64,000 bases of DNA from Spirochaetia bacterium (GTDB lineage Bacteria > Spirochaetota > Spirochaetia > SP-2023): contig OZ253665.1 in NCBI GenBank assembly GCA_965263295.1, positions 256,001 through 320,000 of the forward strand. The letters run 5' to 3'. This document shows, piece after piece, positions 59,211-64,000 of the stretch. The notes below the pieces were generated by a model. The model was not told the DNA's origin and ran no database searches. It saw only the letters and a program-made list of their open reading frames with translations. Within the stretch, counting starts at the first letter, position 1. The number at the start of each line of letters is the position of its first letter. Both the position numbers and the translations under genes were made by a program.

Positions 59211-59738
59211 TTAAACTTCTGCGCTGTGATAATCAATCAGGGTTTGTAGCTGCAGGTCGGGCACGGTTTCGGCAAATTTCAGGAAAGGCAGTCCGATCAT
59301 GCCAAAGGCGTGGCGCACCGAAGCCCCGGCTTCGTTGAGTATTTCGCAAGCCGCCTTTAGAGTATTGCCCGTCGCGATCAGGTCATCGACGAGGAGAATG
59401 CGCGCGCCCTGTGTGACGTCGGCCAAATGGACCTCGACTTCGGCTTTGCCGTATTCGAGCTGGTAGACTTTTTTTAAGGTCACGCCGGGCAGTTTGCCGG
59501 CTTTGCGCACGAGTATCTGAGGCAATTGGCGCTCCAGGGCAAAAGCCGTCGCAAAAATAAAACCGCGCGATTCAATGCCCGCCACGGCGTCGAATTCCAC
59601 ATCCCTGTAGCGCTTGAGCATTTGGTCGACAACCCAGCGAAATACTTCTGGCTTGCCGAGCACACTTGTGATGTCGTAGTATAAAATGCCTTGTTTGGGA
59701 AAGTTGGCTACCTTGCGGATGTGCGCGTCCAAATTCAT
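59211..59738 (-). CDS. apt: Adenine phosphoribosyltransferase
   Basis: FPKQGILYYDIT, GIESRGF, VRKAGKLP, VDDLIATG. Confidence 0.96.
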   Translation of the reverse strand: MNLDAHIRKVANFPKQGILYYDITSVLGKPEVFRWVVDQMLKRYRDVEFDAVAGIESRGFIFATAFALERQLPQILVRKAGKLPGVTLKKVYQLEYGKAEVEVHLADVTQGARILLVDDLIATGNTLKAACEILNEAGASVRHAFGMIGLPFLKFAETVPDLQLQTLIDYHSAEV

Positions 59739-59914
59739 ATGTATCTCTCGCGGGCGATCAGGGTCTTAGAAAAAAAGATATTGGGAACAAGGCCTTGGGC
59801 ATCGGGCTAGTGACAAAAGCCAGAGGCCGCTGCGGCGAAAACAAATACCGCGCGGCCGCCTGACGGCCCTAAGTGTTGGCCCCGAACGCCAAACAGATTA
59901 TCGGCATCGCGGCC

Positions 59915-59953
59915 CATAGTCCAGGCCTGCGTAAACCGAACACCTGGACTATG
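59915..59953. other. 11-bp perfect inverted repeat just 3' of the lipoprotein gene (hairpin, no U-tract)
   Basis: CATAGTCCAGG / CCTGGACTATG with a 17-nt loop. Confidence 0.55.
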
Positions 59954-59971
59954 AACCTGACCCAGTTACCT

Positions 59972-61690
59972 TTACTGTGGATAATCGGGAGTAGGCGGGG
60001 AGATAATATTTATAGGAATTTCATAAATGTCTTCCGCAATAGTATTTTTCTCAATGATAAGTTTGAGAGTATATTTTTCGGTACTAAGACTAGGAGGCCA
60101 TTCAAATTGTATTTGATTTTTATTCATAATAAAATTATTATATATCCCAGGTGATTTTGGGGAGTTGTAGAAAATTCTGATAGTAATACTAAATTCTTTC
60201 TTACTAAGATCTTGCAAGGTAGTATCTGCATCTTTAAAATCAATTTCAAAGTGCAGTTGCTCATTTTGATATATTTTAGAACCATTGATCAATTGAACTT
60301 GTTTAATTTCATTCTCTTTTCCTTTTACATGATTTAGTGTAACAGGAGGCAGGGGGATGACAGTTATATTAGTTTCAAAAATATCTTTCGCAATGATAAG
60401 TTGGAGAGTATGTTTGCCGGGAGATAATTGGCAGTTAAATTCTATTGTATTTCTTTTTTTTATTTGACCTTCCCATTTTTCTCGGAAAGAAGATTCTTTT
60501 TTTTCAGAAAAGAGAGTAATATCATTTTCTTGTTTTTGATCTTCAAGTTCTTGTTTTTGATCTTCAAGAAAATTTTCCAAGGTAGTCTCTGGATCTTTAA
60601 AATCAATATGAAATTGCAGTTGATCCTTTTCATGTATTTGAGAGCCATTGAGCAATCGAACTTGTTCAATTTTATTCCCCTCTCCTTCTACACGAATTAG
60701 GGAAACAGAACGACTCCCTTCTTCAGAGGATTTTTTAGTTGTGGGCTTTTCTGTGGGTGGCACAGGAGTCTCAGTTTCGGGCTTTTCTTCGGTTTCCGTC
60801 TCCGCCTCTACAGTCTTAGTTGCGGGCGTGGCCTTGCCCGATTGAGATTGGCCCTGTTTGGGTTTTTCTGTGACAGGAGTACCGCTTGACTCTGTTGGGG
60901 CCGGGGTCTCTACAGTCCCTTCCTTTTCGACTTTAGCCTCATCACCTTTTACACGAGTTAGGGAAACAGAACGACTCCCTTCTTCAGAGGATTTTGTCTC
61001 AGTTGTGGATTTTTTTCTGGTTTCCTTCTCTGGCTCTACAGCCTTAGTTGTGGGCGTGGGCTTGCCCGCTTGAGATTGGCCCTGTTTGGGTTTTTCTGTG
61101 ACAGGAGTACCGCTTGACTCTGTTGGGGCCGGGGTCTCTACAGTCCCTTCCTCTTTGACATGGTCTATGGGTCCATGTTCAGAAAAAACTTGCGAGATAG
61201 TTTCTGGGTCCAGATTACAGGCGCTTCGCATTATATTAGAATTAGGTATCCACAACTTGGCGACGATTTGTAGTTCTATTCCATTTTCCCGTTCAATTTT
61301 TTGCTGTATTTCTTCTAGCAGTTTTGACGGCAGTGCATCCGGCAGAGTGAATTGTTTGACATCCTGACCTTGCTTTGGCCATTCTATCGGTTTGTCTTTT
61401 ATCCTCAGACCCCAAGAAATGATACAGTCTCGCCAGATAAGCGGGGCCACGATGGGCTCATTGAGATTACTATCGTAGACGAGCTCGTTGTCTTTTTTAA
61501 TTTGGTCGACGACATAAACCGAACTTGTGTCAGCCTTTAGCTTAATGCGAAAGACATTTTCACTCTTGGGGCTTTCTCGGTGTTCTGCAGTATCATTGCA
61601 GCCTGCGAGCATTAGGAAGGTCCATATATATATATATATATATATATATGGTGATTTAGGGAAACGAAAATAATTTTTTTTGCGCGGCAT
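59972..61690 (-). CDS. Repeat-containing lipoprotein (Pro/Thr/Glu-rich stalk, two related beta-rich C-terminal domains)
   Basis: GAGGAGG RBS (61698-61704); lipobox LAG-C31; near-exact ~90-bp DNA repeats 228 bp apart; duplicated V.L..V.G....I.QV.L.NGS.I....QL.F.IDFKD domain. Confidence 0.8.
   Translation of the reverse strand: MPRKKNYFRFPKSPYIYIYIYIWTFLMLAGCNDTAEHRESPKSENVFRIKLKADTSSVYVVDQIKKDNELVYDSNLNEPIVAPLIWRDCIISWGLRIKDKPIEWPKQGQDVKQFTLPDALPSKLLEEIQQKIERENGIELQIVAKLWIPNSNIMRSACNLDPETISQVFSEHGPIDHVKEEGTVETPAPTESSGTPVTEKPKQGQSQAGKPTPTTKAVEPEKETRKKSTTETKSSEEGSRSVSLTRVKGDEAKVEKEGTVETPAPTESSGTPVTEKPKQGQSQSGKATPATKTVEAETETEEKPETETPVPPTEKPTTKKSSEEGSRSVSLIRVEGEGNKIEQVRLLNGSQIHEKDQLQFHIDFKDPETTLENFLEDQKQELEDQKQENDITLFSEKKESSFREKWEGQIKKRNTIEFNCQLSPGKHTLQLIIAKDIFETNITVIPLPPVTLNHVKGKENEIKQVQLINGSKIYQNEQLHFEIDFKDADTTLQDLSKKEFSITIRIFYNSPKSPGIYNNFIMNKNQIQFEWPPSLSTEKYTLKLIIEKNTIAEDIYEIPINIISPPTPDYPQ
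60527..60568. repeat. Exact 21-bp tandem duplication (LEDQKQE x2)
   Basis: TTCTTGTTTTTGATCTTCAAG twice. Confidence 0.9.
61624..61649. repeat. (AT)13 microsatellite inside the lipoprotein signal-peptide coding region
   Basis: CC-(AT)13-GG read directly from the sequence; encodes YIYIYIYI. Confidence 0.95.
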
Positions 61691-62229
61691 ATGCCTGCCT
61701 CCTCAGGTTCAAAATAGATATCCCATAGTATCCCATAGATATCCCAAGGGGCGGATAAAGGTGGCGAAAATTGAAGTAAAAATTGGATAGGCAAAATGCC
61801 GCAGATATTTACTTTACATTTGTGATGTATTTTTCATTTTCCGATGAAATACTATTTTGAAATATTGTTTAAAATTTGCTTGCAATATTTCTTGCTTGCG
61901 ATCTTATTTATACATATATTCTATGTTTTAGTAAATAGTTTTTGCATAAAATTATTATTTTTTATACTTTGATGATTTTGCCTGTTTAATCGACCCTTGG
62001 ACCAGGCATGCATTGGCCGGCTTGTCGGCAGAATGTCGTTTATTTGGCCGGTTATATTTTTTGCCTTCAGCTCGCTGCTCTGCCTAATATTTCTGTGGCC
62101 GTTTTGCAGCTTGTGCGGCACATGGTGAAACGTGGCAAAACTCAGCCGGCCAAGATAGCCGGTGCTGATCGGTGCGAAAGCCCCGGCCCGGTTCTTCCTC
62201 CAGATAAAACGTTAAGCAATGAGATGCTC

Positions 62230-62258
62230 TTGAAGAAAGTGAAACAAATTTATACAAT
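62230..62258 (+). promoter_or_regulatory. Sigma70-type promoter
   Basis: TTGAAG (62230-62235), 17-bp spacer, TACAAT (62253-62258). Confidence 0.6.
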
Positions 62259-62401
62259 GCCAAATAATAACAGCCTCGGCAAACTGAGGGAAAGTCAGGA
62301 CAAATAGCTCCCGTTCAGGGTGCGGGGGAGCCAAAGCAACTTGAGCAAAGTCAGGCTGCTAAAGGTTGTGCATAAACTTAGAACACTTTTGTTGGGTAAA
62401 T

Positions 62402-62728
62402 GTGGACAATAACGAGACAAGAGTAGCGTTAGCGCGCTTGGAACTAAAACGCCAGACAAGGCAGTATATTCTGTATGGTTTTCTGGCTTTGGCTTCCGTT
62501 ATTGCTATAGCCGTAGTTTCTATCTATCTAGTACCAAGTATTGCAGGAAGAAAGACAGAATTCCTCGCGAATGTTAATATTTCTATGGCATTCTCTTGGC
62601 TGGTATCCGGGGCTTCTATGATGTATGGACTAAATCAAAGAGGACAAAGGAAAAAGGACAATAAACGGTTAGGTAGGCAGATACAGTTATTGAAAAGTCA
62701 ATTACAATCAAAGGCAGAGAATATATGA
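62402..62728 (+). CDS. Hypothetical membrane protein (1-2 TM plus basic coiled-coil tail)
   Basis: YILYGFLALASVIAIAVVSIYLV TM; ISMAFSWLVSGASMMYG; KRLGRQIQLLKSQL. GTG 62402 or TTG 62366 start. Confidence 0.6.
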   Translation: MDNNETRVALARLELKRQTRQYILYGFLALASVIAIAVVSIYLVPSIAGRKTEFLANVNISMAFSWLVSGASMMYGLNQRGQRKKDNKRLGRQIQLLKSQLQSKAENI

Positions 62729-63255
62729 ATAATTTAATCGTTTTAATGAACCTAGTGATATTGGCAATAATAGTATTCTTAGTTCATCGCGCTGTAATAG
62801 ACAAGTACATATCTGAGCTGCAAATATTACAGAATGACCTGTTTATACATGCTTGCCAGCACCATGAATTAAACAGCGAGAGCTTTTTATTCATGCAAAG
62901 ACAGATAGAACTGCATATTGAAAAAGCCGAGATACTTACTTTTGGTTTTATGCGTGATTTACATAAATTCTATAATAAACATACTATAATAATTGAAAAA
63001 CCTTCTCTGAGCCTGGAGTACGATAAAGGGTTTAAACAACTCAATTTTCGGACTATTGATTTAATGGTTTTGAGAGCCCCCCTACTGTGGCTAATGATTA
63101 TACCAGCTTTTATATGGGCCATTGGATACTTAGTATGCAAGGCTATGAAAGCCGATGGTACTTCGGGTAAGGGATCTATTCTTAAGGAAGCCATATATAG
63201 CCAAGTCTCTAACCGTTGTGTTCCCGAATACGAAAAGCTAAATATGGCTGTCTGA
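62725..63255 (+). CDS. Hypothetical membrane protein (2 TM flanking a soluble helical domain)
   Basis: ATGA overlap with the upstream gene; TMs LIVLMNLVILAIIVFLV and LLWLMIIPAFIWAIGYLV. Confidence 0.65.
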   Translation: MNNLIVLMNLVILAIIVFLVHRAVIDKYISELQILQNDLFIHACQHHELNSESFLFMQRQIELHIEKAEILTFGFMRDLHKFYNKHTIIIEKPSLSLEYDKGFKQLNFRTIDLMVLRAPLLWLMIIPAFIWAIGYLVCKAMKADGTSGKGSILKEAIYSQVSNRCVPEYEKLNMAV

Positions 63256-63477
63256 GATAACCATACTGTAGTAATCACCTCTCGCAGTTTTAGAATCGTG
63301 CCAGTGCTGCAAATGTTAGCGGTGGGGGGGAGAACTCTGGCCCTCGCGGATATCCCGGAGCTGGAAGGCAGGCTATGACTTCCGATGCCGAGCGGTTGAC
63401 ATCAAGGTAATCCCTCAAAGAGGATTATCCCCTAAATACCTGAATATAGAAGGGGGATAAGCATAACGACTTGAGAG

Positions 63478-63696
63478 CTAGATATCATGCCAACGCTTTG
63501 CTACTCTGCTATCTGAGGTAGTTTTGTGGGGTCGTTGGCGCCTCCCGTCTCGTCCTGTGTATTCTTTAAACGAAGAGAATTTTTTTTCAAATTGAAAGGC
63601 CCTTAACAAACACACGCATTCGTTTAGATGATTGCCATATGAATCCACTTCAAGCTCATTCATTATGTTCATTTTTCCAACTTTTCCTCCTGGCAC
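63478..63696 (-). CDS. Short hypothetical ORF, possibly a remnant
   Basis: 72-aa ORF; AGGAGG lies upstream of the internal ATG (MNIMNE...); no recognisable family. Confidence 0.25.
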   Translation of the reverse strand: MPGGKVGKMNIMNELEVDSYGNHLNECVCLLRAFQFEKKFSSFKEYTGRDGRRQRPHKTTSDSRVAKRWHDI

Positions 63697-64000
63697 AGCC
63701 GATAGAATCTATACATATTTAAATCTATCTTATTCAGTCTATTTACAGATAGCGAGATAAGATTTGATAACTACACGGGGGAAGCTAAAGACCAGAAACT
63801 CCCTCCTGCTTGCAAAAGGATAATGTAGAAATGGCGCTAGGTTATATGGCAAATACTCACTTTTAAAAAAAACTGAATAAATTATAAGTCTTTATATCAG
63901 TATTATAAAAACAGTTTATAATATATGTATTTAATTTTTGTCTATACTTTTGTTTGGGTTTGCTGTCGGGGCCAGTCGGGACAAAGTCTTGCGGAAATGT

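Noticed and set aside
60689..61151. CRISPR-like or DGR template/variable repeats
   Set aside because: The repeats are in-frame intragenic duplications, the differences are not adenine-specific, and there is no reverse transcriptase.
62278..62331. Canonical c-di-GMP-I riboswitch
   Set aside because: P2 upper stem is only 4 bp, and the GCAAAG junction and tetraloop receptor are absent. Kept only as an unclassified structured leader.
62286..62350. RNase P RNA-like words (GAGGGAAAGTC..., CAGGGTGC, GCAAC..GAGCAAA)
   Set aside because: Far too short, no 3' P4 strand (AGAACCCGGCTTA-like) at a suitable distance, and a coding region follows.

Overview
Bacterial chromosomal segment, most likely from a spirochaete. 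The evidence is the spirochaete/planctomycete/deltaproteobacterial-type EF-G outside the str operon, tandem signal peptidases and lipobox-bearing proteins; the taxon is an inference. Most of the window is housekeeping: lepB, zwf, glgC, fusA, ABC-F, xth, ldhA, recQ, nusB, a SurA-like PPIase, yajC-secD-secF-ispH-tpiA-secG, an MMPL transporter, a DD-carboxypeptidase, pdxST and apt. Three accessory patches interrupt it. (1) About 21.5-28 kb: an IS5-family (IS427-like) element plus an inverted left-end fragment bracket a SAP-like gene, followed by uxaC, a DMT transporter and a GH28 enzyme of proteobacterial appearance. (2) About 50.8-52.6 kb: an HrgA/COG2958 nuclease-fold gene next to an internally deleted IS copy that truncates and fuses with a GST gene. 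(3) About 60-64 kb: a repeat-rich lipoprotein whose signal-peptide hydrophobic core is largely encoded by an (AT)13 microsatellite (candidate phase variation). Diverging from it are a near-consensus promoter, a structured ~90-nt leader and a translationally coupled pair of unknown membrane proteins. Short 11-13 bp tandem micro-duplications recur across the window. No rRNA, tRNA or CRISPR array was recognised. All family calls come from motif recognition by eye, not from database searches.
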